A stretch of DNA of 64,000 bases, taken from NCBI RefSeq assembly GCF_056746865.1, contig NZ_CM163382.1; one strand, written 5' to 3'. Shown piece by piece: positions 24,870-36,383 of this stretch; the stretch's first letter is position 1; every line of letters starts with the position of its first letter. Made by a program: the position numbers and the translations under genes. The notes under the pieces were generated by a model that was given only the letters and a program-made list of their open reading frames with translations, searched no databases and had not been told where the DNA came from.

Positions 24870-25523
24870 TCAGCTGGCTTTACGCTCATGTGCCTGACGA
24901 TAAGCCACCAGGTCTTCAATAGTCACGAGCGCCATATTGTGTTTATTGGCAAACTCAATGCACTCTGGTGCACGCGCCATCGTGCCATCGTCATTAGTCA
25001 GCTCACACAGCACACCAGCCGGTTTAAAGCCTGCCAGCGTCATCAGATCAATAGTCGCTTCAGTATGGCCGCCACGCGTCAGTACACCACCAGCCTGAGC
25101 GCGAAGTGGGAAAACGTGGCCCGGGCGATTCAGATCAGAAGGTTTTGCGTCATCGGCAATCGCTGCGCGAACGGTCGTAATACGGTCAGCGGCAGAAACA
25201 CCGGTAGTCACACCTTCAGCCGCTTCAATGGTCACGGTAAAACCGGTGCCATAGGCGCTGGTGTTATTTTCTACCATCATTGGCAGATCAAGTTGTTTAC
25301 GGCGATCTTCAGTAATGCACAGGCAAACAATACCGCTACCGTGGCGAATGGTCAGCGCCATCTGCTCAACGGTCATGGTTTCTGCCGGGAAGATCATATC
25401 GCCTTCGTTTTCACGGTCTTCATCATCAAGCACCATTACACCGCGTCCTTCACGCAGCGCAGCCAGTGCATTTTCAACACGTTCGAAAGGCGTACCAAAA
25501 GAGGAAAGTAGCGTCTGATTCAT
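24870..25523 (-). CDS. ribB: 3,4-dihydroxy-2-butanone 4-phosphate synthase
   Basis: 217 aa; [45 protein letters not shown]. Confidence 0.95.
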   Translation of the reverse strand: MNQTLLSSFGTPFERVENALAALREGRGVMVLDDEDRENEGDMIFPAETMTVEQMALTIRHGSGIVCLCITEDRRKQLDLPMMVENNTSAYGTGFTVTIEAAEGVTTGVSAADRITTVRAAIADDAKPSDLNRPGHVFPLRAQAGGVLTRGGHTEATIDLMTLAGFKPAGVLCELTNDDGTMARAPECIEFANKHNMALVTIEDLVAYRQAHERKAS

Positions 25524-25569
25524 GGTAAAAAAACCTCACTAAAATTATGGTTACCAGAATCAGGGCAGT

Positions 25570-25790
25570 CTTAGGAGTGGCGGCATATAGCCAAAATAAC
25601 GTGAGCGGGTCCATGCCCGACAGAATCGTTACTCTCTCCCATCCGGACTCTAACCGTCGGCCCCGGAATTACACCGGATCTGCTGTCCTTTGAGTTCGCA
25701 CCCAAAGCGCTCGCGGGCTTTCAACTGAGTTGATTTACCGCCGGTGGGGAATTTCGCCCCGCCCTGAGAATAAGCGGATTCACTATAACG
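25570..25790 (-). ncRNA. sroG: FMN riboswitch (RFN element, sroG) in ribB 5' leader
   Basis: Minus-strand sequence contains conserved aptamer blocks CAGATCCGGTGTAATTCCGGGGCCGACGGTTAGAGTCCGGATGGGAGAGAGTAACG upstream of ribB. Confidence 0.8.
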
Positions 25791-25896
25791 CTAATGATTA
25801 GCGCCAGCAACGCATAGCTTCACATAATTCTGGTTTATGACTTACCCTTATCGCACTACAATGGCACTCAACACCTATCAGTACAGGGAAACTACA

Positions 25897-26196
25897 ATGA
25901 TTGACCCGAAAAAAATTGAGCAAATCGCTCGCCAGGTTCACGAATCAATGCCTAAAGGAATCAGGGAGTTCGGGGAAGATGTGGAGAAAAAAATCCGCCA
26001 AACCCTACAAGCGCAACTGACGCGTCTCGATCTGGTGAGCCGCGAAGAATTCGACGTACAGACGCAAGTCCTGTTACGGACTCGTGAGAAACTGGCATTA
26101 CTGGAGCAGCGCATCAGTGAACTGGAAGCGCGCAATAATTCGGTAGCAGATCTTCAATCTCCTCCGGCTATCCCGCCTATTGATAAAGCAGAATAA
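25897..26196 (+). CDS. ubiK: Ubiquinone biosynthesis accessory factor UbiK (YqiC)
   Basis: ORF trimmed to [21 protein letters not shown]; coiled-coil small protein. Confidence 0.85.
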   Translation: MIDPKKIEQIARQVHESMPKGIREFGEDVEKKIRQTLQAQLTRLDLVSREEFDVQTQVLLRTREKLALLEQRISELEARNNSVADLQSPPAIPPIDKAE

Positions 26197-26204
26197 AGCA
26201 ACAC

Positions 26205-26226
26205 AAAAACGGGCCAGACGGCCCGT
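26205..26226. terminator. Stem-loop between convergent ubiK and glgS
   Basis: CGGGCC-AGAC-GGCCCG flanked by A5 / T-rich on minus strand. Confidence 0.5.
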
Positions 26227-26230
26227 AATA

Positions 26231-26431
26231 TCAGTGTTCTAATTCAAGTTCTCTGGTTTGCATCATCTGTTGGCAATACCAGGCATAACGTGCGCAAAAC
26301 CAGGTTCTATGTTCTTCATCCATGTTACCAGTAACGGCCAGAATATCGACCGGGCGACCTTCTGCGTGCATTCTGGCAAAACTACGCGCCAGGAAATCGA
26401 AATTATTTAAAGAATTAAGACTATGATCCAT
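26231..26431 (-). CDS. glgS: Surface composition regulator GlgS
   Basis: 66 aa; [33 protein letters not shown]. Confidence 0.9.
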
Positions 26432-26699
26432 AAGCACATCCTCCGGTTATCGCATACCTTTTAAGGCCATATGCTTTTTCTGATTTCAGTATTCCCCAAT
26501 CAGTGTAGTGCCTTTAAACATAACGTGCGTAAATATATTGTCCCCGATCACACTTTTTAGTGAAAAATAAAAAACCATATTAAAAGACTTTCTCTTCCAG
26601 AACTTCTCTAACATGTGTTATTATTAACAAAGATAAATGTAAGCAAGGAAACTATCCTAAAGTAAATATTGCGTCACTAAATGGACATTGGAGTGACAT

Positions 26700-27329
26700 A
26701 TGATTTTATTCGCCGACTATAACACCCCTTATCTTTTCGCTATTTCCTTTGTACTGTTGATCGGCCTTTTAGAAATTTTTGCGCTTATCTGCGGTCATAT
26801 GCTCTCCGGTGCTCTTGATGCACATCTTGACCATTATGATTCCATAACCACAGGTCATATTAGCCAGGCACTTCATTATCTCAATATCGGAAGATTGCCA
26901 GCTCTCGTCGTTCTCTGCTTACTGGCTGGTTTTTTTGGTCTTATTGGCATCCTGTTGCAGCATACCTGCATCATGGTCTGGCAATCACCACTCTCGAACC
27001 TGTTCGTGGTTCCTGTCAGTTTACTGTTTACGATTATTGCGGTGCATTATACCGGTAAAATAGTTGCGCCCTGGATTCCACGCGACCATAGTTCAGCTAT
27101 TACAGAAGAAGAATATATTGGTAGCATGGCGTTAATTACCGGACATCAAGCGACTTCAGGTAATCCCTGCGAAGGAAAACTCACCGATCAATTTGGCCAA
27201 ATACATTATTTACTACTGGAGCCTGAAGAAGGAAAAATTTTCACTAAAGGAGACAAAGTGTTAATTATTTGCCGACTTTCTGCAACGCGATATTTGGCGG
27301 AAAACAATCCCTGGCCCCAAATATTGTAA
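26700..27329 (+). CDS. yqiJ: NfeD-like inner membrane protein YqiJ
   Basis: 209 aa; membrane N-terminal half plus soluble C-terminal OB-like domain; upstream of SPFH gene. Confidence 0.8.
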   Translation: MILFADYNTPYLFAISFVLLIGLLEIFALICGHMLSGALDAHLDHYDSITTGHISQALHYLNIGRLPALVVLCLLAGFFGLIGILLQHTCIMVWQSPLSNLFVVPVSLLFTIIAVHYTGKIVAPWIPRDHSSAITEEEYIGSMALITGHQATSGNPCEGKLTDQFGQIHYLLLEPEEGKIFTKGDKVLIICRLSATRYLAENNPWPQIL

Positions 27330-27355
27330 TTTATTAATCAAAAGGAAATTTAATA

Positions 27356-29017
27356 ATGGATGATATTGTTAATTCTGTGCCCTCCTGGATGTTTACCGCA
27401 ATTATTGCCGTATGCATTCTGTTTATTATTGGAATTATTTTCGCCAGGCTCTATCGTCGCGCTTCGGCAGAGCAAGCTTTTGTTCGTACTGGTTTAGGTG
27501 GGCAAAAAGTGGTAATGAGCGGTGGCGCAATCGTGATGCCGATCTTTCATGAAATAATCCCCATCAATATGAATACCCTGAAGCTGGAAGTCAGCCGCTC
27601 AACCATTGATAGCCTGATTACGAAAGATCGTATGCGCGTCGATGTCGTGGTCGCTTTCTTTGTGCGGGTAAAACCTTCAGTTGAAGGGATTGCCACCGCC
27701 GCCCAGACGCTGGGACAACGCACCCTGTCGCCTGAAGACTTACGTATGTTGGTTGAAGATAAATTTGTCGATGCCCTCCGTGCAACAGCTGCACAAATGA
27801 CCATGCATGAGTTACAGGATACCCGCGAGAACTTCGTGCAGGGAGTACAAAATACCGTAGCTGAAGATCTGTCGAAAAACGGCCTGGAACTGGAAAGCGT
27901 TTCACTTACCAACTTTAACCAGACGTCGAAAGAACATTTCAATCCTAACAACGCCTTTGACGCCGAAGGTTTAACCAAGCTGACGCAGGAGACGGAGCGC
28001 CGTCGTCGCGAACGTAACGAAGTTGAACAGGATGTAGAAGTTGCGGTGCGTGAGAAAAACCGTGATGCGCTTTCGCGCAAGCTGGAGATTGAACAACAAG
28101 AAGCGTTTATGACGCTTGAGCAGGAGCAGCAGGTTAAAACCCGTACCGCTGAGCAGAATGCGAAAATTGCGGCTTTTGAGGCCGAGCGTCGTCGGGAAGC
28201 AGAGCAGACGCGAATTCTGGCTGAACGACAGATTCAGGAAACGGAAATCGACCGCGAACAGGCCGTCCGTTCCAGAAAAGTTGAAGCTGAACGTGAAGTT
28301 CGCATTAAAGAGATCGAACAGCAGCAGGTCACCGAAATCGCCAACCAGACGAAATCGATCGCTATTGCCGCCAAATCGGAACAGCAGTCACAAGCGGAAG
28401 CGCGTGCCAACCTTGCACTTGCAGAAGCGGTAAGCGCCCAGCAAAACGTTGAAACCACTCGCCAGACCGCAGAAGCCGATCGTGCTAAACAAGTTGCCCT
28501 AATCGCTGCCGCGCAGGACGCGGAAACCAAAGCAGTCGAACTGACCGTCCGGGCGAAAGCTGAAAAAGAAGCCGCAGAGATGCAGGCGGCGGCAATCGTT
28601 GAGTTAGCCGAAGCTACGCGTAAAAAGGGTCTGGCGGAAGCAGAAGCGCAACGTGCGCTGAACGACGCTATCAACGTACTTTCTGACGAGCAAACCAGCC
28701 TTAAATTCAAACTGGCGCTATTACAATCATTACCTGCGGTAATAGAGAAATCCGTTGAGCCGATGAAGTCCATTGACGGCATCAAGATTATTCAGGTCGA
28801 TGGATTAAACCGAGGTGGCGCTGCGGGGAATGCGGCATCAGGCAGCGTTAGTGGCGGAAACCTGGCAGAACAGGCATTGTCTGCCGCCCTTTCTTACCGC
28901 ACACAGGCACCACTGATTGACTCCTTGCTCAATGAAATCGGTGTTTCTGGCGGCTCGCTGGCGGCATTGACTTCACCCTTAACATCAACAACTCCCGTCG
29001 AAGAAAAAACAGAGTAA
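27356..29017 (+). CDS. yqiK: SPFH/band-7 (flotillin-like) protein YqiK
   Basis: 553 aa; N-terminal TM, SPFH domain then long charged coiled-coil (EQ/AE/K rich). Confidence 0.85.
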   Translation: MDDIVNSVPSWMFTAIIAVCILFIIGIIFARLYRRASAEQAFVRTGLGGQKVVMSGGAIVMPIFHEIIPINMNTLKLEVSRSTIDSLITKDRMRVDVVVAFFVRVKPSVEGIATAAQTLGQRTLSPEDLRMLVEDKFVDALRATAAQMTMHELQDTRENFVQGVQNTVAEDLSKNGLELESVSLTNFNQTSKEHFNPNNAFDAEGLTKLTQETERRRRERNEVEQDVEVAVREKNRDALSRKLEIEQQEAFMTLEQEQQVKTRTAEQNAKIAAFEAERRREAEQTRILAERQIQETEIDREQAVRSRKVEAEREVRIKEIEQQQVTEIANQTKSIAIAAKSEQQSQAEARANLALAEAVSAQQNVETTRQTAEADRAKQVALIAAAQDAETKAVELTVRAKAEKEAAEMQAAAIVELAEATRKKGLAEAEAQRALNDAINVLSDEQTSLKFKLALLQSLPAVIEKSVEPMKSIDGIKIIQVDGLNRGGAAGNAASGSVSGGNLAEQALSAALSYRTQAPLIDSLLNEIGVSGGSLAALTSPLTSTTPVEEKTE

Positions 29018-29204
29018 ACCCTCTTCTATGAATAATCCCTGGCCCAAAAAGCCGGGGATTTTTTATATCTGCGTTCCGCTAAAAGGTGCAAATGATCAGG
29101 CTGTTGCAGCATTTTGCGTGACCGCTCGGGGAAGGGAAAACTGCCTCTGGGAAAGCGTTGCGCGGGGTCTGGCGCTCATCAACAATCGGGGAGTCAGCAG
29201 GGGG

Positions 29205-29350
29205 CTGAAACGGGAAAGCCCCTCCCGAAGAAGGGGCCTTATAGAAGGAAAGGGTTATGATGAAGCTCGTCATCATACTGATTGTGTTGTTACTAGTAAG
29301 TTTCCAGGCTTATTAACAACCAATTCAGAGGGGGGAGAAATCCTCCCTTA
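29205..29350 (-). ncRNA. sibD: Sib antisense RNA (antitoxin to Ibs), copy 1; boundaries approximate
   Basis: Antisense to ibs ORF; GC hairpin GCCCCT-CCCGAAGA-AGGGGC at 29217-29240 fits a minus-strand terminator; boundaries inferred. Confidence 0.5.
29257..29316 (+). CDS. ibsD: Ibs-family type I toxin (19 aa hydrophobic peptide MMKLVIILIVLLLVSFQAY)
   Basis: ATG ATG AAG CTC GTC ATC ATA CTG... TAA; matches Ibs toxin family; located between yqiK and hldE as ibsD/ibsE are in E. coli. Confidence 0.7.
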   Translation: MMKLVIILIVLLLVSFQAY

Positions 29351-29582
29351 CCCTTGTTCCTTTACTTTAGGTTGAAAAAAAATCAGCGTCAAGAAGGTTT
29401 CTCTATCCCACATCCCTGGCCCAAAAAGCCGGGGATTTTTTATATCTGCGTTCCGCTAAAAGGTGCAAATGATCAGGCTGTTGCAGCATTTTGCGTGACG
29501 GCTCGGGGAAGGCAAAACTGCATCAGGGAAAGCATTGCGCGGGGTCTGGCGCTCATCAACAATCGGGGAGTCAGCAAGGGGC

Positions 29583-29727
29583 TGAAACGGGAAAGCCCCT
29601 CCCGAAGAAGGGGCCTTGTATAAGGAAAGGGTTATGATGAAGCTGGTCATCATACTGATTGTGTTGTTACTCGTAAGTTTCGCAGCTTATTAACAGCCAA
29701 TCAGAGGGGGGAGAAATCCTCCCTCAC
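29583..29727 (-). ncRNA. sibE: Sib antisense RNA, copy 2; boundaries approximate
   Basis: Antisense to second ibs ORF; same hairpin structure as copy 1. Confidence 0.5.
29634..29693 (+). CDS. ibsE: Ibs-family type I toxin (MMKLVIILIVLLLVSFAAY)
   Basis: Second copy of 19-codon hydrophobic ORF; differs from copy 1 by Q17A. Confidence 0.7.
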   Translation: MMKLVIILIVLLLVSFAAY

Positions 29728-29812
29728 CCTTGTTCCTTTACTTTAGGTTGAAAAAAAAACAGCGTCAATAGGCCTGCCAGGTTCGAAGCGAGATCTGTGA
29801 ACCGCTTTCCGG

Positions 29813-31246
29813 TTAGCCTTTTTTATCCTGTTGGATCTTCTTGATGATGTTGGTCGTCGAGCAACCGTCTTCAAAGTTGAGCACCAACACTTCGCCACCG
29901 TTGGCCCAGACTTCTTTACTCCCGGCAATCTCTTCTGGTTTATAGTCGCCGCCTTTCACCAGCAGGTCTGGCAAGATCCCGGCGATCAGGCGCTGCGGCG
30001 TGTCTTCTTCAAACGACACCACCCAGTCGACCGCTTCCAGTGCACCCAGCACAATCATACGCTGCTCGAGAGGGTTAACGGGGCGGGAATCCCCTTTCAG
30101 CCGTTTGGTGGAAGCATCGCTGTTGACGGCGACAATCAAACGGTCACCCAGTTTACGGGCATTTGCCAGATAAGAGACGTGCCCGGCGTGCAGGATGTCA
30201 AAGACGCCATTGGTCATTACCACCTTTTCGCCGCGTTTACGCGCCGCCGCCACAGCAAGCTTCAGTTCCTCTTCGGTCATCACACCAAAGCCGGTATCTG
30301 CACGTCCACGTACTGCGTTTTCCAGCTCGATCGGCGAAACCGTGGATGTCCCCAGTTTGCCGACCACTACGCCTGCCGCCGCATTAGCAAAGAAGCAGGC
30401 TTCTTCCAGCGAATTACCCGCCGCCAGCGTTGCCGCCAGGACACCAATCACCGTGTCGCCCGCACCGGTAACGTCATACACTTCCTGCGCCTGAGTTGGC
30501 ATATGCAGCGGCGTTTTGCCCGGTTGCAGCAGCGACATACCCTGTTCGGAACGGGTCACTAACAGAGCCGAGAGTTCGTAATCGGCAATCAGTTTCATGC
30601 CGCGTTCAACAATCTCTTCTTCGGTCTTACATTTACCGACAACAGCTTCAAATTCCGAGAGATTCGGCGTTAACAGCGTAGCGCCGCGGTAGCGCTCAAA
30701 ATCGGTGCCTTTTGGATCAATCAGCACCGGAACGCCCGCTTTACGCGCCAGTTGGATCATCTGCTGCACGCTTGCCAGCGCACCTTTCGCGTAGTCAGAG
30801 AGCACCAGCGCGCCAATCGAACTCAGCGCCTGATTAATCCGCTCGTGCAGCGGCTGCGGATCAACCCCTTCGAAACCTTCTTCAAAATCCAGACGGATCA
30901 GCTGTTGGTTGCGGGAAAGTACCCGTAATTTGGTGATGGTCGGATGCGTCGGTACAGAAACGAAGTCGCATTTGACGTTGACGTCGGCCAGAGATTTACT
31001 CAGCGCGCGCGCTGCATCGTCAATGCCCGTCAACCCGACCAGGCGTGCATTAGCACCGAGAGAAGCGATATTCATCGCCACGTTAGCCGCGCCGCCCGGA
31101 CGTTCTTCGATGGTATTCACTTTAACCACGGGCACCGGCGCTTCCGGCGAGATACGACTGGTGGGGCCGTACCAGTAACGATCCAGCATCACATCACCAA
31201 CCACCATCACTCCTGCACGTTCAAACTCTGGCAGCGTTACTTTCAT
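29813..31246 (-). CDS. hldE: Bifunctional D-beta-D-heptose 7-phosphate kinase / heptose 1-phosphate adenylyltransferase
   Basis: 477 aa; ribokinase-like N-domain and cytidylyltransferase C-domain ([10 protein letters not shown]). Confidence 0.95.
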   Translation of the reverse strand: MKVTLPEFERAGVMVVGDVMLDRYWYGPTSRISPEAPVPVVKVNTIEERPGGAANVAMNIASLGANARLVGLTGIDDAARALSKSLADVNVKCDFVSVPTHPTITKLRVLSRNQQLIRLDFEEGFEGVDPQPLHERINQALSSIGALVLSDYAKGALASVQQMIQLARKAGVPVLIDPKGTDFERYRGATLLTPNLSEFEAVVGKCKTEEEIVERGMKLIADYELSALLVTRSEQGMSLLQPGKTPLHMPTQAQEVYDVTGAGDTVIGVLAATLAAGNSLEEACFFANAAAGVVVGKLGTSTVSPIELENAVRGRADTGFGVMTEEELKLAVAAARKRGEKVVMTNGVFDILHAGHVSYLANARKLGDRLIVAVNSDASTKRLKGDSRPVNPLEQRMIVLGALEAVDWVVSFEEDTPQRLIAGILPDLLVKGGDYKPEEIAGSKEVWANGGEVLVLNFEDGCSTTNIIKKIQQDKKG

Positions 31247-31293
31247 TCCTGTCTCCTGAGAGATTCAAAATTTGCGCGCGATAATACCATACT

Positions 31294-34134
31294 TCATTCT
31301 TCCACCAGCCACTTCTGCCAGCTTGCCCGCACCAGTTCACGCTCTGCGGTGAAGCAATCCTCCGACACATGGCCCGGCAATTCCTGTAATGCCAGATGAT
31401 GAAGTTCATCGCGCAGCGTCGTGTAAGCACGGGTCAGCGCCATCGCTTCCTGCTCTTCCATAATGTCGTTTTGCGCCAGTAGTTCCAGAATGCGCACGTT
31501 GTCTGACCAGCGCGTTAACTTCGGTTTTTCATGAGCGTAGCGCAACACCAGATATTGAGTAATAAATTCGATATCGGTAATTCCGCCTTCATCGGCTTTG
31601 ATATCAAAGCGATCGCGATGTTTATTGCCGAGATGGGCACGCATTTTCTCGCGCATTTCCCGCACTTCTGTTTGCAGGGTTTTGCCTTCGCGCGGCAGCG
31701 TCATAATCTCCCGGCGTACTGCGTCAAAGTGCGCGGTGAGCTGCGGATCGCCGTACACTACACGCGCACGCACCAGCGCCTGATGTTCCCACGTCCAGGC
31801 CTCGTTTTTCTGATAATCGGCAAACGCTTCTGCGGAGGTAACCAGCATTCCCGCCGCCCCGGACGGACGCAGTCTAGCATCCACTTCATACAAAATGCCG
31901 GAAGAGGTTCGCGTACTGAACAGATGCATAATGCGTTGCGCCAGACGCAGATAAAACTGTCGCCCGTCGATTTCCCGCTCGCCGTCAGTCATCGCATCCA
32001 TTGGGCAATCATGGAGGAAGATCAGGTCAAGATCGGAACTGTAGCCTAACTCCCAGCCGCCCAGCTTGCCGTAGCCGACCACCGCAAAACCACGCCCTTC
32101 GCGTTCGTTCAGGTGATTTGGCTTACCGTAGCGGACAACCATTTGAACCCACGCCTGCTGAACGACGGCATCTATCATAGCCTCCGCCAGCCAGGTTAAG
32201 TGATCGCTCACTTTCATTACCGGTAGCGTACCGGCGATATCCGCTGCCGCAATACGTAACAGTTGCGCCTGTTTGAACTGACGCAGCGCCTCAAGCTGTT
32301 GTTCTTCGTCATCTTCCGGCACGCGCAGCAAATACTGGCGCAGTTCATCACGGTAGGCATCCGTCGCCGTCGGCTGGTAGAGAGTGTTTGGATCGAGCAG
32401 TTCGTCCAGCAATAATGGATAACGCGCCAGTTGGCTGGCAATCATCGGCGATGCGGCACACAGAGAAATCAAATGTTTAAGCGCCGCGGGGAATTCACTG
32501 AGCAATTCTAAATAGGTGGTGCGGGTAACAATCCCCACCAGCAAGGCGGTAATGCGCGACAGCGTGACAGCAGCGTCTTCACGCGCACATACATCACTTA
32601 GCAGATGCGGCATCAGATGGTCGAGCACCTGACGCCCGCGCGGCCCAATAGTGCGCTTATCCAGCTCTTTGCGGAAATCAGCAATCAGCGTCAGCACCTG
32701 TTTGCGATCATCTTCGCTAAGATGCGCCAGCACTGGCGTAGTGTCATCTTCCTGCAACGCATCCTGCCACAGCTCACGCCACTGTTCCGACAGCGACTCT
32801 TCCTGAGTTTCGCTTTCGTCGTCGCCAATCAATTCATTAAACACCCGGCGCACATTGGTCATATGTACGGTCAGCGCCCCGGTCAGTTGCGGCCAGTCAG
32901 CAAAGTCCATCGCCCACGCCAGCCGCGCACGGTTAAGCTCATCAGAAGGAAGCGTCTGGGTTTGTTCGTCGTTAATACTTTGCAGCAGGTTTTCCAGACG
33001 CCGCAGGAACAGATACGCCACTCGCAATTGTTCAGCATCGTTTTCAGAAAGCAGATGCAGCGCGGCAATGGCGCTGAGCGTTGGCAGTAAAGAGCGCGAT
33101 TGCAGCGACGGTTCGCGCCCGCCGCGAATGAGCTGGAATACCTGGACGATAAATTCAATTTCGCGAATGCCACCCGCGCCAAGTTTGATGTTGTCGGTCA
33201 AACCACGTCGACGCACTTCGCGGGCAATCATCCCTTTCATATTGCGCAGCGACTGGATGACGCTGAAATCGATGTAACGGCGGAAAACAAACGGGCGCAG
33301 CATCGCACGCAACTCGTTAGCATAGACGCCTTCGCTATCGCCCATAATCCGCGCCTTGACCATCGCGTAACGCTCCCAGTCGCGCCCCTGCTCCTGGTAA
33401 TAATCTTCCAGCGCCGCAAAGCTCAGCACCAGCGGGCCACTTTCGCCAAACGGACGCAGCCGCATATCCACGCGATAGACGAAGCCATCCTGCGTTGGTT
33501 GATCCAGCACTTTAATCAGCCGCTGCCCCATGCGGGTAAAAAACTGCGCGTTATCCAGTTCCCGGCGTCCGCCCTGCGTACAACCATGTTCTGGCCAGGC
33601 AAAAATCAGATCGATATCTGAGGAGAAATTCAGTTCCCCACCGCCCAGCTTACCCATGCCTAAAATCAGCAGCGGTTGCGCTTCGCCCTGCGCATTGCAC
33701 GGCGTTCCCCACTCGCGGCAGCAAGCGTCATACAGCCAGTCACGCGCCGCAACAATCAGCGTCTCCGCCAGATGGCTGAGCTGCTGCAATATGCTCTCTT
33801 CAGTAACCAGTGCCAGCGTTTGCGCCCAGGCGATGCGCACCATAATGCGCCGCCGGAATAGCCGCAGTTCACGCATTAACCCGGCTTCGTCACTCACATT
33901 ACTGAGCGCCTCCTGCAACCAGGCAGCGTAATGCTGCCATTCGTCGGCCTGCGGCGGCTGGCTTTGCAGTTCCGTCAGCCACTCTGGATGCGCAATTACG
34001 CTGTCCTGCACAAAATCACTGAAAGTAAGTACTGACTTCGCCTGTGCGCTAAGTGATTCCTCGGCTAAAGGCTCTGGCAGCCGCTCAACAACGGTCTGCC
34101 AGTACTGCTGTAACGGTGAAGAGAGCGGCTTCAT
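31294..34134 (-). CDS. glnE: Glutamine synthetase adenylyltransferase/deadenylase
   Basis: ORF 31294..34338 trimmed to [21 protein letters not shown] giving 946 aa. Confidence 0.9.
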
Positions 34135-34156
34135 AAGCGATTTTATCCTTGCCTGA

Positions 34157-35458
34157 TTAACGTTTTCCGCTGTGCAACCAGAACGGTTCCTGATTGTTTG
34201 CCTCATTACGGAAATGTTCAATTTCAATGCGTTGCCCGGTCGCAATAGCGTGACGCAGCCCCTGCCAGTTCTCCAGCCAGGCTTGCGCGACGAGAGGATC
34301 GTAGTAACCCGCCAGCAACAGTATTGAGTCAATATCACGCGTCAGGCGTGGCAACTGGTCACGGTAGCGATCCCCCAACGGCTGGCAGAAAACGCTTTTC
34401 AGTTCAGCGGCATGGCGGGAAAGATGGATATCGGCAAAGCGTTTGAAGGAATCGCTCATTTTACTCTGCGCTTTGGCATCTAAAAACGGCTGCCAGGCTT
34501 TGCTTACCAGCCATTCGGTCAATGCCAGCTTCGCCATTGCCGTTTCGGTAGAGTAGACCGCCGTCACGGCAGAAACCGCTGAAGCGATGGTCGCTTCGCA
34601 TTGAGTCAATAAATCACGTAAGTGAGTGCTCGCTTTACGCGGCACAATGCCACCGAACAACATCAGCGTATGACGGACCAGGCCAATGGCTGCCAGCACC
34701 TGCTCTTTCGCCGCATCATTGCCGCGTACCCATAGTTCTTCATGATACTGCCATTGCGCTAACGCCAGCTCGAGCGCCGCTTCCAGCCCCTGCTCGACAT
34801 CCGCTTTTGCCGCAACATGTAAAATGGTGGTCGGTTTAATTTCACGCGCGGGATTACCCTGCGCCAAATGATAGCCACGCGCCGCTTTGCTCAGGCTGCC
34901 CTGGCGTAATCCGGTTTGCGATACCAGTTGGTTCGCCAGTTTCAGCACCGCGCGCGTGTCGCCGCTAAGCAGTTCCAGTTCCAGCTCGCAGATAGGTTCA
35001 GCAAATTCACCCGCTTTCACTTCCCCCTGGTCGAGGGCGATTTCAATTTGGCTACCATCAACCTCTACCAGCCACTTTTCGCGATAAAAATCGGTGCTGA
35101 ACAGCGGTTGTACGCGGGAAGCGAGATCGGCAGGCAATTCGCCGTTCGGCCAGACTTCCGTCGGTAACTGCGCCAGGTCGAGCGTCGGTTCGCTCAACGA
35201 CACGTTATATTCCGGGCGCTGGTGTAAGCCGCCTGTCACTCTTCCTGCAACTTTCATGGTCATCTCATAGCGACCGTTTTCGCCACGAATACGCAAGCCC
35301 ATGTCGTGCCCACGCAGCCAGTTATCCGGCGTTTCGTAGTAAATATTCAACAACTGCACGGGGTCATGGTGCTCGCCGCCCAGCGTATTGAGATGGTCAC
35401 GCAACGCCTCAACGGCACTGTGATTAACAATAAACTTTAATTCGATTTCCTGAGCCAT
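34157..35458 (-). CDS. ygiF: Inorganic triphosphatase YgiF (CYTH + CHAD domains)
   Basis: 433 aa; [25 protein letters not shown] start. Confidence 0.85.
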
Positions 35459-35699
35459 GGCCTTTACTTATCGGTTATGTCACATAAGTGACGATGAACG
35501 GCGAACTTAATGCGATCTTTTTTGTCAGTAGATAGTATTTTGCGCCAAATTGCCATGCAACGGGCAATTTGACGGGCGTAAAAGTTTGAAGCAGTGGCAA
35601 GACCTGACACAGAGGATTCCGATTGATGTCGAATGCTTTGCGTAGCGACACTGATGCCACTACTATCGTTCCACTTTCCATGACAATAACGACAGCCTG

Positions 35700-36320
35700 A
35701 TGCCAAAATTACGCCTGATCGGATTAACTTTACTCGCACTTAGCGCGACTGCCGTCTCACACGCTGAAGAAACGCGCTATGTTTCCGACGAACTGAATAC
35801 CTGGGTCCGTAGCGGTCCGGGAGACCATTATCGCCTCGTGGGCACGGTTAACGCCGGCGAGGAAGTGACCTTATTACAAACTGACGCCAACACCAATTAT
35901 GCCCAGGTGAAAGACAGCTCTGGCCGTACCGCCTGGATCCCGTTGAAACAACTTAGCACAGAGCCAAGCCTGCGCACCCGTGTGCCAGATCTGGAAAATC
36001 AGGTCAAAACCCTGACTGATAAGCTCACCAATATCGATAACACCTGGAATCAGCGCACCGCAGAAATGCAGCAAAAAGTGGCGCAGAGCGACAGCGTGAT
36101 CAACGGGTTAAAAGAAGAAAATCAGAAACTGAAAAACGAGCTGATTGTCGCGCAGAAAAAGGTCGATGCCGCCAGCGTACAGCTGGATGACAAACAGCGC
36201 ACCATCATCATGCAGTGGTTTATGTATGGCGGTGGCGTGCTGGGGCTTGGCTTGCTGCTCGGTCTGGTACTGCCGCACCTGATCCCAACGCGCAAACGCA
36301 AAGATCGCTGGATGAACTAA
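35700..36320 (+). CDS. ygiM: SH3-domain signal-anchored protein YgiM
   Basis: 206 aa; signal peptide, SH3b-like region, coiled coil, C-terminal TM. Confidence 0.8.
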   Translation: MPKLRLIGLTLLALSATAVSHAEETRYVSDELNTWVRSGPGDHYRLVGTVNAGEEVTLLQTDANTNYAQVKDSSGRTAWIPLKQLSTEPSLRTRVPDLENQVKTLTDKLTNIDNTWNQRTAEMQQKVAQSDSVINGLKEENQKLKNELIVAQKKVDAASVQLDDKQRTIIMQWFMYGGGVLGLGLLLGLVLPHLIPTRKRKDRWMN

Positions 36321-36383
36321 ATCGCCTTCTTCGTTGCACTGTCTTATTATTAGGAATTGTGTATTTGACGAAGGGAAAATGGC

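Larger units (their letters stand above)
29025..29411. repeat. ibs/sib toxin-antisense repeat unit, copy 1
   Basis: Approx. 380-bp unit nearly identical to 29412..29775 (same CCCTGGCCCAAAAAGCCGGGGATTTTTT start, same 19-codon ORF). Confidence 0.75.
29412..29775. repeat. ibs/sib toxin-antisense repeat unit, copy 2
   Basis: Second copy of the unit with a few substitutions/indels. Confidence 0.75.

Noticed and set aside
29079-29653. 65-aa minus-strand ORFs (MMTSFIITLS...) in both ibs/sib repeat units
   Set aside because: These lie on the strand expected to encode the non-coding Sib antisense RNA; the duplicated ORF is a by-product of the repeat, not evidence of coding.
29831-30562. 243-aa plus-strand ORF inside hldE
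   Set aside because: Antisense to hldE; His/Arg-rich nonsense composition.
34135-34338. 68-codon N-terminal extension of glnE in the ORF track (total 1014 aa)
   Set aside because: The extension overlaps the ygiF 3' end and has no RBS; the canonical GlnE start [12 protein letters not shown] gives the expected 946 aa.
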